This document shows, piece after piece, positions 19,673 through 29,829 of a DNA stretch of 64,000 nucleotides. The notes under the pieces were generated by a model. That model did not search any database. It was not told the origin of the DNA and was given only the letters and a program-made list of their open reading frames with translations. The stretch is taken from IMG/VR virus record IMGVR_UViG_2029527006_000005; one strand, given 5' to 3'. Source of the DNA: a virus (Duplodnaviria > Heunggongvirae > Uroviricota > Caudoviricetes). The position numbers were made by a program, and so were the translations under genes. Positions within the stretch are counted from its first letter, which is position 1. Every line of letters starts with the position of its first letter.

Positions 19673-21941
19673 ATTTCACGATAACAATCTTATCGTCTTG
19701 TACGCCGAACTCGACAACCCCACCATTTTGTAGTGAGCCACATAGCATTTCTTTTGCTAGTGGTAAGCGAATGTTCTGCTCAATGGTACGCTTCATAGGA
19801 CGTGCACCCATACCGCGTTGTACGCCGTTTTTAGCCAACCAAGCACGTGCATCATCATTTAGTTCTACAACCACGCCACGACCCGCTACGGCTTCAGAAA
19901 CCTGACTCATGAACTTGTCAATAACGTTGTCAATTGCCTGTGGTGATAGGTCTTTGAACTTCACGATTGCATCAATACGGTTACGGAACTCAGGTGGTAG
20001 GAATTCTTTGATAGCTTTATCCTGACCAGTTTCAGTTGAACCCATATTCATGCTGCGTTTACCAGCATCAGCAGCACCCAAGTTAGTAGTCATAATAACA
20101 GTTACGTTATTGAAGAAAACAGTCTTGCCCTTAGAACCAGTTAGACGACCTTCATCTAGTACCTGAAGGAAGGTTAGTAGTACTTTAGGGTGTGCCTTTT
20201 CAATCTCATCTAGAAGAAGAATTGCATTTGGATGCTGTTCTACTTGGTCTAGAAGTAGGCCGTTACCAGTGTCATGACCAACATAGCCGGGAGGTGAACC
20301 AATTAGTTTTGCAACGGTATGTTCTTGAGAGAACTCAGACATATCGAAACGAATTAGTTTAGAACCCATTGCATCTGCTAGTGCTTTGGTAATTTCAGTC
20401 TTACCAGTACCGGATGGTCCAACAAACATGAACGCACCTTGTACGCTAGAAGCATCACGTAGGCCAGCACGAGCTACCATTACGTTATCAACTAGTGTAT
20501 TAACTGCTTCTTCCTGACCGAACACACGATTACGTAGCATTTCTGGTAGTTCAATCATACGAGTACTTTCAGTACAAGCAACTACAGAAAGATCTAGGTT
20601 TGCGATACCTGCAACAACTTCTTCGATATCTTTACGTGTTACTACTAGATCAGTACCAGTTTTAGTACGATTCTTCGCCGCTGAAGCATCTAGTAGATCG
20701 ATTGCCTTATCAGGATAACGGCGGTTCTGTAGGAACTTCTTAGATAGCTCCATGATAGCACTCATCGCTTCTTCTGTATAGGTTACGCCGTGGAATTCTT
20801 CGTATTTGGATTTGATACCATTTACGATTTGAGTAGTTTCCTCGAACGTTGGTTCTGATACGTCAATTTTCATGAAACGACGAGATAGTGCACCGTCTTT
20901 TTCAATGTGCTGACGATATTCATCATAAGTGGTCGCCCCAATAACACTAATTTCACCACGTGATAGTGCTGGTTTGATTAGGTTGCTCATATCCATAGTA
21001 CCGGAAGATGAAGAACCTGCACCCATGATAGTGTGAATTTCATCGATGAATACGATGGTGTTTTCACGAGTTTTAATTTCTTTTAGGAAATTATCTACAC
21101 GTTCTTCGAATTCGCCGCGATACTTAGTACCAGCAGTGAACGAACCCATGTTTAGAGAAAGAATGGTTAGATCTTTCATGTGTTCTGGAACGTTACCATC
21201 AACGATAGCTTGTGCTAGACCGTCAATAATTTGTGTTTTACCAACACCAGCTTCACCAGCTAGGCATGGGTTCTTTTTGGTACGACGAGAAAGAGTTTCT
21301 ACTAGTGCAAGTAGTTCTTTTTCACGTCCAATCATTGGATCTAGTTTACCTTCACGAGCTAGCTCAGTTAGGTTGGTAGTGTAGTCTTCAATAGACTTCT
21401 TACCAGATGATGGTTGCTGTTGAGCCACACGGCCTCCTTTCTGTTCGGTTTTAACACTCTGGGTCAAATCTACATCGGCACGTCTTTCGCTTACGTACTT
21501 CTGAAGTGAACGTGCTACTTCAGTGCGGGTCAACGACTGCTCTTTAAGAGCTACTTCTAGTGCTGTGTTGGAGAACGATAAGCACTCGAATAGTACAAAG
21601 AACCCTTCAACCGTAAAATCATCATTTTTTAATTGTTCGATTACTGATTGTTTTTGTAGTTCATACATTACACGAGTTACTAGTACTGAAACTGGTACTT
21701 GCTCATCTCCAATTGCTTCTTTCACTGATAGTGGAAGCTGTGGTGGTGGAACTTCACGAAGGTAACCTTCGATACGCTGACTTAGTTGGTCAGTATCAAT
21801 TGAAAACGTTTCTAGTGCTGTTTTCACACTGTCAACTTTAAGAGCGATTGCACTTAGATGGTCAATCGTCATGAACTCATGGCCTAGGCTACGTGCAAAG
21901 GCTTTACTATCGTCATATAAATCTTGAAAACTGTAACTCAT
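19671..21941 (-). CDS. clpA: ClpA-like Hsp100 AAA+ ATPase
   Basis: Two Walker A motifs (GEAGVGKT, GPSGTGKT) plus 'GTKYRGEFEER', 'RFDMSEF', 'LIGSPPGYVG' and 'GARP'. No ClpB M-domain. Start reassigned to MSYSFQD (ATG at 21941, GGAG RBS). Confidence 0.9.
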   Translation of the reverse strand: MSYSFQDLYDDSKAFARSLGHEFMTIDHLSAIALKVDSVKTALETFSIDTDQLSQRIEGYLREVPPPQLPLSVKEAIGDEQVPVSVLVTRVMYELQKQSVIEQLKNDDFTVEGFFVLFECLSFSNTALEVALKEQSLTRTEVARSLQKYVSERRADVDLTQSVKTEQKGGRVAQQQPSSGKKSIEDYTTNLTELAREGKLDPMIGREKELLALVETLSRRTKKNPCLAGEAGVGKTQIIDGLAQAIVDGNVPEHMKDLTILSLNMGSFTAGTKYRGEFEERVDNFLKEIKTRENTIVFIDEIHTIMGAGSSSSGTMDMSNLIKPALSRGEISVIGATTYDEYRQHIEKDGALSRRFMKIDVSEPTFEETTQIVNGIKSKYEEFHGVTYTEEAMSAIMELSKKFLQNRRYPDKAIDLLDASAAKNRTKTGTDLVVTRKDIEEVVAGIANLDLSVVACTESTRMIELPEMLRNRVFGQEEAVNTLVDNVMVARAGLRDASSVQGAFMFVGPSGTGKTEITKALADAMGSKLIRFDMSEFSQEHTVAKLIGSPPGYVGHDTGNGLLLDQVEQHPNAILLLDEIEKAHPKVLLTFLQVLDEGRLTGSKGKTVFFNNVTVIMTTNLGAADAGKRSMNMGSTETGQDKAIKEFLPPEFRNRIDAIVKFKDLSPQAIDNVIDKFMSQVSEAVAGRGVVVELNDDARAWLAKNGVQRGMGARPMKRTIEQNIRLPLAKEMLCGSLQNGGVVEFGVQDDKIVIVK

Positions 21942-21978
21942 AAGTGCTCTCCTATTGAAATTTTGCACGACATAATAA

Positions 21979-22007
21979 ATTATATCACAAAAAAACTGAT
22001 TTGTCCC
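21979..22007 (-). promoter_or_regulatory. GGGACA-N17-TATAAT promoter (copy 1), upstream of clpA
   Basis: Minus strand GGGACA-AATCAGTTTTTTTGTGA-TATAAT. Confidence 0.8.
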
Positions 22008-22014
22008 AAAAAAG

Positions 22015-22020
22015 TAAATA
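22015..22020 (+). promoter_or_regulatory. Late promoter core TAAATA
   Basis: 30 nt upstream of the neck gene, back-to-back with the clpA promoter. Confidence 0.55.
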
Positions 22021-22049
22021 CAAATATATAAACATTTTGGAGACAACAA

Positions 22050-23546
22050 ATGGCATATAGCATGTGGAAAAAAGGCCGTCACGATGACTATAAATTCATC
22101 GACGGTGCAATTGCCGACCAATACAACATGGGTGGAACCGATATGTGGTTGTACTGTTACATTGGTCCTAAGAAAAATACGGGTACTGACCCTTCATTAC
22201 CAGATTCTACAGGAAACACTATCGATGTGTCAAGCATTAGTGATTTAATCTTTGGTGAAACTCCAGATCGTGCATACAATCTAGAAGCTCTCACCCTTCC
22301 AGTAGTTTATCAAATACAAGAAGCAACACCTGACCTAAAAATTCCGGGATTGTTCTTCAACTTCAACACAATGGACATTACATTGCATTATAACACAATG
22401 ATGCAGCGTGTAGGAAGAAAAATTATACCCGGAGATGTAATTGAACTACCTAACTTACGTGACTTCGATGTTATGGGTAAAGATAGTGGCTTAAACCGCT
22501 TCTACGTTGTACAGGATGCGTTCAGAACGTCTGAGGGTTACTCAGTGACATGGCAGCATCATATTTTTAAGATACGTGTAAAACCGCTTACAGACAGTCC
22601 TGAGTATGCTGACCTCATCGGAGGTGGTAACAACAACTTCCCGGACGATCCTGATGATCCAAACAACGGTAATGGTAACAGTACTAGTGATGGTGGCGAA
22701 AATAGTGATTACGGCAACGAGCTAGAAATAATGAATCGCATTATTATGCAAGCTGATGACGAAGTACCTTACATTCACTACACTAACGAACACCTTTACA
22801 ACGATAGAGTGGATTTATACAGTGAAGCACGTGAAATCTTCCGTGGAACAACATTCCCTAAGAAACCGTCAAAGAACATGTTCTTCTGGAAAGAGACTTT
22901 ACCATTACTTCTTGAGAAAGTCAACACTGAATGGGAAGAAGTTCCAACAAAATACGGTCCAGATTTCCCAAAACGTCCAAAAGATGGAGATTTCTTCATG
23001 CAAGAAGATCCTGCATCAATTTGTGGCTATACACTGTATCAGTACTTAAAATCTGATAAACGTTGGCTCGTTTGTGACCTTGAATACACCAAAGACCGCA
23101 AGGAAGACACCGATTCTGCCGATTTCTATGTATTATACACAACTCCTGAACTTTTTCAAGTACAAGATGACAATAAAACGTGGATTCTCGCTGATCAAGA
23201 ACACCAGAAGTTCTTCGTGTCCAAGGAAGTCATTGAAAACATCTACAACCCTGAAGATTGGCGTGAAGAAATTCCCCCAGCACGTGGAACTGTAGGCGAA
23301 GGAACAACTTTCCCTAGTGATCCAGAGGATAATGAGTACTTTTACCGTACTGACTATACTCCAGTTACTTTATGGAAGTATTCTGAAGAATCTCACTCTT
23401 GGAAACAGTTCAACTACGGTGGACGTAAGCCTTGGACGGGTGCAGATCAGTATATGACAGGTTTCTTGAACTCACCAGACCGTGTTCCATTGCAAGATGC
23501 AGTAAAACCAAACATTGTGTACAGAGTACATAAGGATAAAAAATAA
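22050..23546 (+). CDS. Putative neck/head-closure protein (gp14-like N-terminal domain)
   Basis: N-terminal 'DLIFGE.PDRAY...ITLHYN.M...GRKI.PGDVIELP' pattern. Sits immediately upstream of the gp15-like gene. Confidence 0.55.
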   Translation: MAYSMWKKGRHDDYKFIDGAIADQYNMGGTDMWLYCYIGPKKNTGTDPSLPDSTGNTIDVSSISDLIFGETPDRAYNLEALTLPVVYQIQEATPDLKIPGLFFNFNTMDITLHYNTMMQRVGRKIIPGDVIELPNLRDFDVMGKDSGLNRFYVVQDAFRTSEGYSVTWQHHIFKIRVKPLTDSPEYADLIGGGNNNFPDDPDDPNNGNGNSTSDGGENSDYGNELEIMNRIIMQADDEVPYIHYTNEHLYNDRVDLYSEAREIFRGTTFPKKPSKNMFFWKETLPLLLEKVNTEWEEVPTKYGPDFPKRPKDGDFFMQEDPASICGYTLYQYLKSDKRWLVCDLEYTKDRKEDTDSADFYVLYTTPELFQVQDDNKTWILADQEHQKFFVSKEVIENIYNPEDWREEIPPARGTVGEGTTFPSDPEDNEYFYRTDYTPVTLWKYSEESHSWKQFNYGGRKPWTGADQYMTGFLNSPDRVPLQDAVKPNIVYRVHKDKK

Positions 23547-24883
23547 TGAAAGTAGAATATTACTACGATGGACAGTTTCACCGTGTTCTAATGCACTTGA
23601 TTAGACTTTTCGGAGACTTTCAAGTACGTTTTGGCTCCGATGATGAAGGAAATCCAAAGTACCGCAAAGTACCAGTACGCTATGCAGACATTTCTCGCAT
23701 GGCTCAGTACATTATTAACGGAAATAGTGAAAACGTAGCTAAAAGTTCACCTATGATGACTATTAGTGTTGATTCATTCACTATGGCACGTAAGGATATT
23801 CGCTCACACTGGTCACAAAACATAGTACTAGGTACTAATGAGTCACCTGCACAGAACGAATATAACCATACATTAGCAGATCAGTACAGGGTTGAGCGTT
23901 TCAACCCGGTTCCGTGGGATTTGACCTTCAGTTTAAACATCTGGACAACACTTCTTACTACTAAAATGGAACTTTTAGAACAACTAGCGTGTCTTTTTGC
24001 ACCTTCAGTGACGTTACAGACCTCCGAGAACCCGTTAGATTGGTGTTCACTCACTGATGTTGAACTATTGGACACGACTTTTAGCTCAAGAGCTATGCCT
24101 CAAGGCACTGACACTGACTTAGATATTGCCACAATGACATTCAAATGTCAAATTTGGATGAGTTTACCTGCAAAAGTGACAAAACCAAAACTAATTGAGC
24201 AAATTGTTACTAATATGCAAATCGCAAACACTGAAGAGAACTTTATTCTAAGTGACTTCAATGATATTGTGGTTGATGTGTTCACTCCTAAGAATATGGG
24301 AATACTTGTAGACAAAGTTGATAGTGGAGATAAGAGTACTGAAATGTACGAATTAACGCTAGTTAGCCAAGGATTAAATACAATATCAGCGAATGGTAGA
24401 ATCTATTCGTGGGATGTATATTTTGACTATTTGGACAAGGCTCATAAGGATAAACAGAAACAAATTCGTTTCTTAACGTCCATTGAAGATCCTACGCCAA
24501 TTAAAAGTGAAGTAATAAGCATTGGTAAAGACGAAAGTGCTAATAAACTTTTAGTACAGGTTGATTCATCAATCTATACTTCTAAATTTGGTATACAATC
24601 CTTTATTATCGAGGATAATCAATTGAGTAAAGCTATTCCAGAACAGGTTTACGTTAACGTATCTGAAAGGAATATTAATTACAAGAAAAGTATTATACCT
24701 CCAAACTATGCTGCTGTCATTACAAATGATGGTGCACAACTAATAGAACCTTCCACAATCGAAGGGTACATTTATAACACCGATGACCAAAGCTACTATC
24801 GTTATAATCGAGAGTTCGGGTGGCATCAGGTCATTATGAATAAGTACCGTGCTGGTTACTGGAGAATTGGTTTTAAAGAGTAA
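23546..24883 (+). CDS. gp15: Tail terminator / sheath stabiliser, gp15-like
   Basis: 'YYYDGQ...LFGDFQV...KVPVRYAD...PVPWDL.F.L.IW....K.ELLEQ...F.PS' gp15 pattern. Confidence 0.75.
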   Translation: MKVEYYYDGQFHRVLMHLIRLFGDFQVRFGSDDEGNPKYRKVPVRYADISRMAQYIINGNSENVAKSSPMMTISVDSFTMARKDIRSHWSQNIVLGTNESPAQNEYNHTLADQYRVERFNPVPWDLTFSLNIWTTLLTTKMELLEQLACLFAPSVTLQTSENPLDWCSLTDVELLDTTFSSRAMPQGTDTDLDIATMTFKCQIWMSLPAKVTKPKLIEQIVTNMQIANTEENFILSDFNDIVVDVFTPKNMGILVDKVDSGDKSTEMYELTLVSQGLNTISANGRIYSWDVYFDYLDKAHKDKQKQIRFLTSIEDPTPIKSEVISIGKDESANKLLVQVDSSIYTSKFGIQSFIIEDNQLSKAIPEQVYVNVSERNINYKKSIIPPNYAAVITNDGAQLIEPSTIEGYIYNTDDQSYYRYNREFGWHQVIMNKYRAGYWRIGFKE

Positions 24884-24892
24884 GGAGAACTT

Positions 24893-25354
24893 ATGACAAA
24901 CGAAGCTGTGGGTGCGATATTTCTCGCCAAGAGTACTGGACGGATGATGCTTAATCTACGTTCGGACTCGGTGACGTACTCAAACAATTGGGGCTTCGTT
25001 GGTGGGAAGATAGAACATCATGAAAGCCCTATACAAGCATTACACCGTGAGATTGAAGAAGAACTAGGAACATCTGTTCCTGATATTGAAGATATCATTC
25101 CTTTTGATGTTTTCTGTACTAAGAATGGAAAATTCAAGTACTATTCATTCATCATTGTATTGCCTGACGAATTTATTCCTGATCTAAATGATGAAAGTGC
25201 TGGCTATGCTTGGGTTAAAATTGGCAACTGGCCTAAACCACTACATCCTGGGGCGAAGAGTACACTCTACAATCCTACAATTGTTCATGACTTTAATTCT
25301 TTATGGGATTCCATAAAAAATGGCAAACCATTCTTGAATAGTTTGCCGATATAA
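24893..25354 (+). CDS. Nudix hydrolase
   Basis: Nudix box 'GGKIEHHESPIQALHREIEEELG'. Confidence 0.9.
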   Translation: MTNEAVGAIFLAKSTGRMMLNLRSDSVTYSNNWGFVGGKIEHHESPIQALHREIEEELGTSVPDIEDIIPFDVFCTKNGKFKYYSFIIVLPDEFIPDLNDESAGYAWVKIGNWPKPLHPGAKSTLYNPTIVHDFNSLWDSIKNGKPFLNSLPI

Positions 25355-25390
25355 AAAAAGGTAGCCCTGTGGCTACCTTTTTGTTTTTTT
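25354..25390. terminator. Bidirectional terminator
   Basis: AAAAAAGGTAGCC-CTGT-GGCTACCTTTTT between convergent genes. Confidence 0.9.
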
Positions 25391-26493
25391 TATACACCTA
25401 CAGGTGGAACACCTGTGAGTTTGATGAATACTGACCATTGAGTTAATTTAGTCTGTCCAGCACTTAAACCAGTAATGTTGCCATCAATACGAATACCTAA
25501 ATGCTTAGGACTGTTTAATGATGCTAATACATAGTTTTCACAATCAGCTTGTGTTGTACCATTTGCACCCGGCAATGAAACATCAACACCGTTAATATTA
25601 ACGTTAACGTTCCAAGTTGATTGAGTACTATCGATTGTATCAATAATCTGAGTTAGGTTAGCAACCTGACGTGGATCTGGAATTTGCGAAGCGGTTGTTG
25701 TACCCGGAACAAAGTTTCCTTGGTTATTTACATACCACGATCCTTTAATTAGCCATGTCTTGTAGTTCTGTGGAATAGACACTACTTCACCTTCGATTAG
25801 GTTAACTTCGCGAGCAATAATTTTTAGTTCATAAAAATAATTTGACCCGAATTGGAATACACCATCACCATTCTGGAATACGGTATAACCGAACTCATTA
25901 ACATCACTTGCTGCACCTACGTTGAAATACGAAATTGGTTTAGTATTTTGTGATTGTGTAAATGACACATACTTAGTACCAGAATCATATTGAATATCAA
26001 GTAAAGATTCGAACTGTTTATTTTGTGGACGAGAAGTTTGAATTTCACGCCATTCTTTGTCCTTCATTAGTACACGAAGGGAATCACCATTATTAGTTAG
26101 AACCATTCTACCCATGATTGAGTTAGAACCATCTGGAACTGTGTTAAACACTGTGATCATTGGGATAGCAGCCCAATCAAGCTCGGTTGCAGGATTACTT
26201 GCATCAGGTTGGCGAGCATTATCAACTAATGAAATAAGTAGTTCACCAATACCAGAAGTATATCTGTACCAGATTTGTCCAGTAACGGAACCTTTTGGTG
26301 CTAATTGACCTGCAAAGTTTTCTGCTTGCCAAAGGGCGTTTTCGTTCCATGCCTGACCGTAGCCTACTTTATTTCTCCCAACCAAGTTAATTGGTGTTGG
26401 GTTTTGGTTTGGTTGGTTAGGACCAAGTACTGAGTTATTTGGGATCGTCGCGAAGATCTTCCCATTACTTCTATAAATTGAATAGTTAATCAT
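25390..26493 (-). CDS. Putative virion (baseplate/fibre-attachment) protein
   Basis: 'NLVGRN..GYG...NEN....ENFA....P....GQIWY' resembles a module in jumbo-phage tail proteins. Part of a late-promoter operon. Confidence 0.5.
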   Translation of the reverse strand: MINYSIYRSNGKIFATIPNNSVLGPNQPNQNPTPINLVGRNKVGYGQAWNENALWQAENFAGQLAPKGSVTGQIWYRYTSGIGELLISLVDNARQPDASNPATELDWAAIPMITVFNTVPDGSNSIMGRMVLTNNGDSLRVLMKDKEWREIQTSRPQNKQFESLLDIQYDSGTKYVSFTQSQNTKPISYFNVGAASDVNEFGYTVFQNGDGVFQFGSNYFYELKIIAREVNLIEGEVVSIPQNYKTWLIKGSWYVNNQGNFVPGTTTASQIPDPRQVANLTQIIDTIDSTQSTWNVNVNINGVDVSLPGANGTTQADCENYVLASLNSPKHLGIRIDGNITGLSAGQTKLTQWSVFIKLTGVPPVGV

Positions 26494-26502
26494 TTATTAT
26501 CC

Positions 26503-27111
26503 TTACTGTAGTTGAACACGGACTGTGTATTTCACTTGTAAAACACGGTTTGCACTTTTTTCTACAGGATGGAAAATGATATGAGTTAGTGGTAAACCAT
26601 TGTTACCATCAGTATATAAACCTAATTCATCAAATACATACTTGCCATCCATATTAGTACTGGAGCTTGTATTTTGGTCGGATGGTTCACCCAATCCTAG
26701 AGTACAAACACAGATAATATCGGTATAGACTTGTCCGGGAATGTGCATAGTAGTGATGTTATTGTATTGTGAATCGATACCTGCGTTTACACGTGGGTTA
26801 ATTTTTTTAGCATATGTTTCTGAATATAGTCCACCAAACGAAGTTACACGTGGAGTTTTGTAAGTTACACGACCAGTACTTAATACGACTGTACCACCGT
26901 TACCGAAACGCATTTCTGAAATAGCACCAATATTGATACCTAAGCTATCGACGTTATTTGCTAATGCATCAGCGATTGCACGGCTCATATTTTCAGGGTG
27001 AATTGCGTTTGCTTTATCTAGAAGTACTTTAGTATTTTCTGGATCAGTTACGTCCGTAATTAGTACGTGTCCTTTAACGAACAATTTCGGTTGTTCAATT
27101 TTGGATTCCAT
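26503..27111 (-). CDS. Putative baseplate/tail-fibre attachment protein
   Basis: 'YVFDELGLY...THIIFHPVEKS.NR...V.Y.VR' resembles tail-collar/fibre N-terminal domains. Confidence 0.5.
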   Translation of the reverse strand: MESKIEQPKLFVKGHVLITDVTDPENTKVLLDKANAIHPENMSRAIADALANNVDSLGINIGAISEMRFGNGGTVVLSTGRVTYKTPRVTSFGGLYSETYAKKINPRVNAGIDSQYNNITTMHIPGQVYTDIICVCTLGLGEPSDQNTSSSTNMDGKYVFDELGLYTDGNNGLPLTHIIFHPVEKSANRVLQVKYTVRVQLQ

Positions 27112-27120
27112 TTCTTTTCC

Positions 27121-27618
27121 TTAATAGTTTATTTGGATTTCTTCAATTTTTCCTGCCATACGTTTTTGGAAGTCGGAAGGATCGTGACTGATGTAGTTAC
27201 GGTCAATACCAACACGAAGGTAAGTGAAGTTTCCTGTTAATGATTCTGCGAATGTACCAGTAACGCCGTGCTTAGTCATAAGTGCACCAGTGTTTGAATT
27301 ATAAATTCGAGTATCGGTAAATTCCATATAATATTTACAACTTTCTGTGAATTTGATTGGGAACCAATCTTCTTCTTGTGGATCGCTCGCTAGAGTTGCT
27401 TCAACGTATATACGTCCGACGAATTCACGCAAAGTGAAAGCGATTGTATGCAATCCTGTAGTACTTCCCCAATAACCACCTGCTGGTAAGTTTTGGGTAA
27501 CTTCATTCCAATAATAGTTATCATTGGATGGATACCAGCTATCGGAATCTTGATAATCGATCCATACGCCTGTTTTATCCTTTCTTCTGTAAAGAAAATT
27601 CTTTGATCTTAGAGCCAT
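27121..27618 (-). CDS. Hypothetical (probably virion) protein
   Basis: 165-aa ORF with GAGG RBS. TAAATA on the minus strand at 27651-27656. Confidence 0.6.
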   Translation of the reverse strand: MALRSKNFLYRRKDKTGVWIDYQDSDSWYPSNDNYYWNEVTQNLPAGGYWGSTTGLHTIAFTLREFVGRIYVEATLASDPQEEDWFPIKFTESCKYYMEFTDTRIYNSNTGALMTKHGVTGTFAESLTGNFTYLRVGIDRNYISHDPSDFQKRMAGKIEEIQINY

Positions 27619-27650
27619 TTGTCTGTAGTCCTCTTAAATGAACTTTTAGT

Positions 27651-27689
27651 TATTTATTGGAAGTCAAATGTTATTTTACCTGATAAATA
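27651..27689. promoter_or_regulatory. Divergent pair of TAAATA late promoters
   Basis: TAAATA on minus (27651-27656) and plus (27684-27689), each about 35 nt from a divergent ATG. Confidence 0.6.
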
Positions 27690-27723
27690 TCTGTAATATG
27701 ACATAACTCATAAGGAAATACAT

Positions 27724-28845
27724 ATGACAATTTCATTCAATAATGGGTCAAGTAGTTCTTGTAATAGTGCTGGTGCAAAGTTCCACATTAACAGTGCTGG
27801 TCACTTAATTGTAACTTATGCAGATAACACTATCGAAGACTTAGGACAAGTTGTTGGACATGATGGTGCAAATGGTACAAACTTCTATCCAAACCTAATT
27901 GGTTTTGAAGTTCCTGATGAAAACTTTGAAATAGATCAACCGATCGGCTGGACGTACTTAAGTCTTGCGAACGGCAAAGCTATTTTATACTTTAAAACAT
28001 CAGCACCGGGCGTAACTCCTGCAACATGGAACCAATCTGAATTTGGTCGTGGTCCAAAAGGTGACTCTGGTCGTCCTTTCACCATTGACGGTTCAGGAAC
28101 AACTTTACCAACCGATCCTCAGATTCTAGTAGATGAATATACTTTCTACAACACAGAAGATGGTAATATCTACATTTATGATTTGGATACAACTTCTTGG
28201 CGTGGACCATTCCCATTCCGTGGGCCTCAAGGTTTACGTGGTCGTTTTATCATCGACTCACAAGGTACAGACTTCCCATCAATCACAGATCTACCATTAG
28301 ATTATACATTCTATAATACCCAAACAGGCTTTTTGTACTATGTAGAAGAAGATTCAGTAACTCACCAGAAACAATGGAGTCCCGGTATTGAATTCCGTGG
28401 TCCACAAGGTATTCAGGGTGAAAGTATCAAAGGTGATCCGGGTCAAAATGGTAAAGACATTAAAGTTATCGTTAATGACATTGATACAAGCTATACAAAC
28501 GCATTACTAGTAATTGGGACTTGTCCTGCTGGTTATGTTGTTACAAATATTCAATTAGATGTTCTTCAACCATATGAAGGTGATGTGTCAGAAATGCTCG
28601 TTCGCTTTGGTGGTACTGCACAATCTGAATTGGACGGTACAGTTATCGCTCCATATGATTATTTTGATATTCAAACTCAACAACGTTATATCGTTGATGA
28701 AGTAAATCACGAACCTAGTGATAAAGATGAAATCATTTCTTGTATTTTCAACGAATCCGTAAATAACAGCACAACTGGTAAGATTCATGTCATCGTAACG
28801 ATTGCATTCCAATCCCCAATTGAACCGATTTCAGACCATATCTAA
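27724..28845 (+). CDS. Fibre-like protein with short collagen-like G-X-Y stretches
   Basis: GPKGDSG, GPQGLRG and GPQGIQGESIKGDPGQNG alternate with a repeated 'YTFYNT..G..Y.Y' module. Confidence 0.6.
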   Translation: MTISFNNGSSSSCNSAGAKFHINSAGHLIVTYADNTIEDLGQVVGHDGANGTNFYPNLIGFEVPDENFEIDQPIGWTYLSLANGKAILYFKTSAPGVTPATWNQSEFGRGPKGDSGRPFTIDGSGTTLPTDPQILVDEYTFYNTEDGNIYIYDLDTTSWRGPFPFRGPQGLRGRFIIDSQGTDFPSITDLPLDYTFYNTQTGFLYYVEEDSVTHQKQWSPGIEFRGPQGIQGESIKGDPGQNGKDIKVIVNDIDTSYTNALLVIGTCPAGYVVTNIQLDVLQPYEGDVSEMLVRFGGTAQSELDGTVIAPYDYFDIQTQQRYIVDEVNHEPSDKDEIISCIFNESVNNSTTGKIHVIVTIAFQSPIEPISDHI

Positions 28846-28855
28846 GGAGATATAA

Positions 28856-29731
28856 ATGGCAATTTTTTCAAACCTAGACGGAACTATGAAAAAATCGTTT
28901 ATTCTTGGTAAGAATGGTGGACGATTCACATATGATGATACCCAAAGTACTATTAAAGTACAAAACTACCAAGGAAACAGATTAATTCCGATTAGTGCGG
29001 CAGACCCTATTGAGCCTTCGCACTTAGTAACACTAGGATATTTTAATACTCACGGTGGCGGTGGAACAGGTAACCCTATTCTACGCGGCACGTCAGAACC
29101 AGATGTAGGTCTTGGATCTGATGGGGATTTATATGTCCAAGTAGACGATACTAGTATCGTTCAAATCTTCATTAAAGATAATGGGATTTGGAAACCTTTT
29201 ACTAAACCAGTACCACCTCAAGATTCCGATTATGTAACTGCACATACTGTTCAACCCACCGATTTTAATGGCTCCGGCAGTACTTATACATATGTATTAC
29301 CTGTGAGTGTTCATAATCGTGGTGCTGGCGTTCTAGTGCAAATACAGGATTCAACTGGTAACAGCGTACAAACTGAAGTACTGCTCGATAATATCGGGAA
29401 TATTACTTTAGTTACAACTGAAAGACCAACCGAGTACTTAACAATTAAACTTATAGGAGCAACTACTATGACTACACCGTATAGTAATACAATCAACAAG
29501 TCCCAATGGGTGCAGAGTGGAGATATGTTTGTACTTTCAGTACCAGCTACTACACATGGGCAAGAACCGGGTCCACTATATATCGCGATTTATGAAAACG
29601 TGGTAGACGGTGCAACTGGCGTTCCTCCTTTCACACTCGTAACTACCGACAGCACTATCGATAGCTCTGGGAATGTCTCATTCAAATCTTATGCCCCATT
29701 CAGCGGTAAAGTCGTTATTAGCGGAAAATAA
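28856..29731 (+). CDS. Tail fibre-associated protein
   Basis: 'GTSEPDVGLGSDGDLY' fibre motif and two C-terminal beta-rich repeats. Confidence 0.5.
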   Translation: MAIFSNLDGTMKKSFILGKNGGRFTYDDTQSTIKVQNYQGNRLIPISAADPIEPSHLVTLGYFNTHGGGGTGNPILRGTSEPDVGLGSDGDLYVQVDDTSIVQIFIKDNGIWKPFTKPVPPQDSDYVTAHTVQPTDFNGSGSTYTYVLPVSVHNRGAGVLVQIQDSTGNSVQTEVLLDNIGNITLVTTERPTEYLTIKLIGATTMTTPYSNTINKSQWVQSGDMFVLSVPATTHGQEPGPLYIAIYENVVDGATGVPPFTLVTTDSTIDSSGNVSFKSYAPFSGKVVISGK

Positions 29732-29737
29732 TATTAA

Positions 29738-29770
29738 TGTCCAGAACTACAAGGTTCTGGATATTTTCTC
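29738..29770 (+). terminator. Terminator-like hairpin
   Basis: ATGTCCAGAAC-TACAAG-GTTCTGGATAT followed by TTTCTC. A TAAATA follows at 29782-29787. Confidence 0.6.
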
Positions 29771-29829
29771 ATATTATCCAATAAATACACGTAACAATAA
29801 TAGTTCAACAATTCCAACGGAGGGATTAC

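Noticed and set aside
21942-22121. 60-aa N-terminal extension of ClpA in the ORF track
   Set aside because: It overlaps the divergent gene and both promoters. The RBS and homology support the ATG at 21941.
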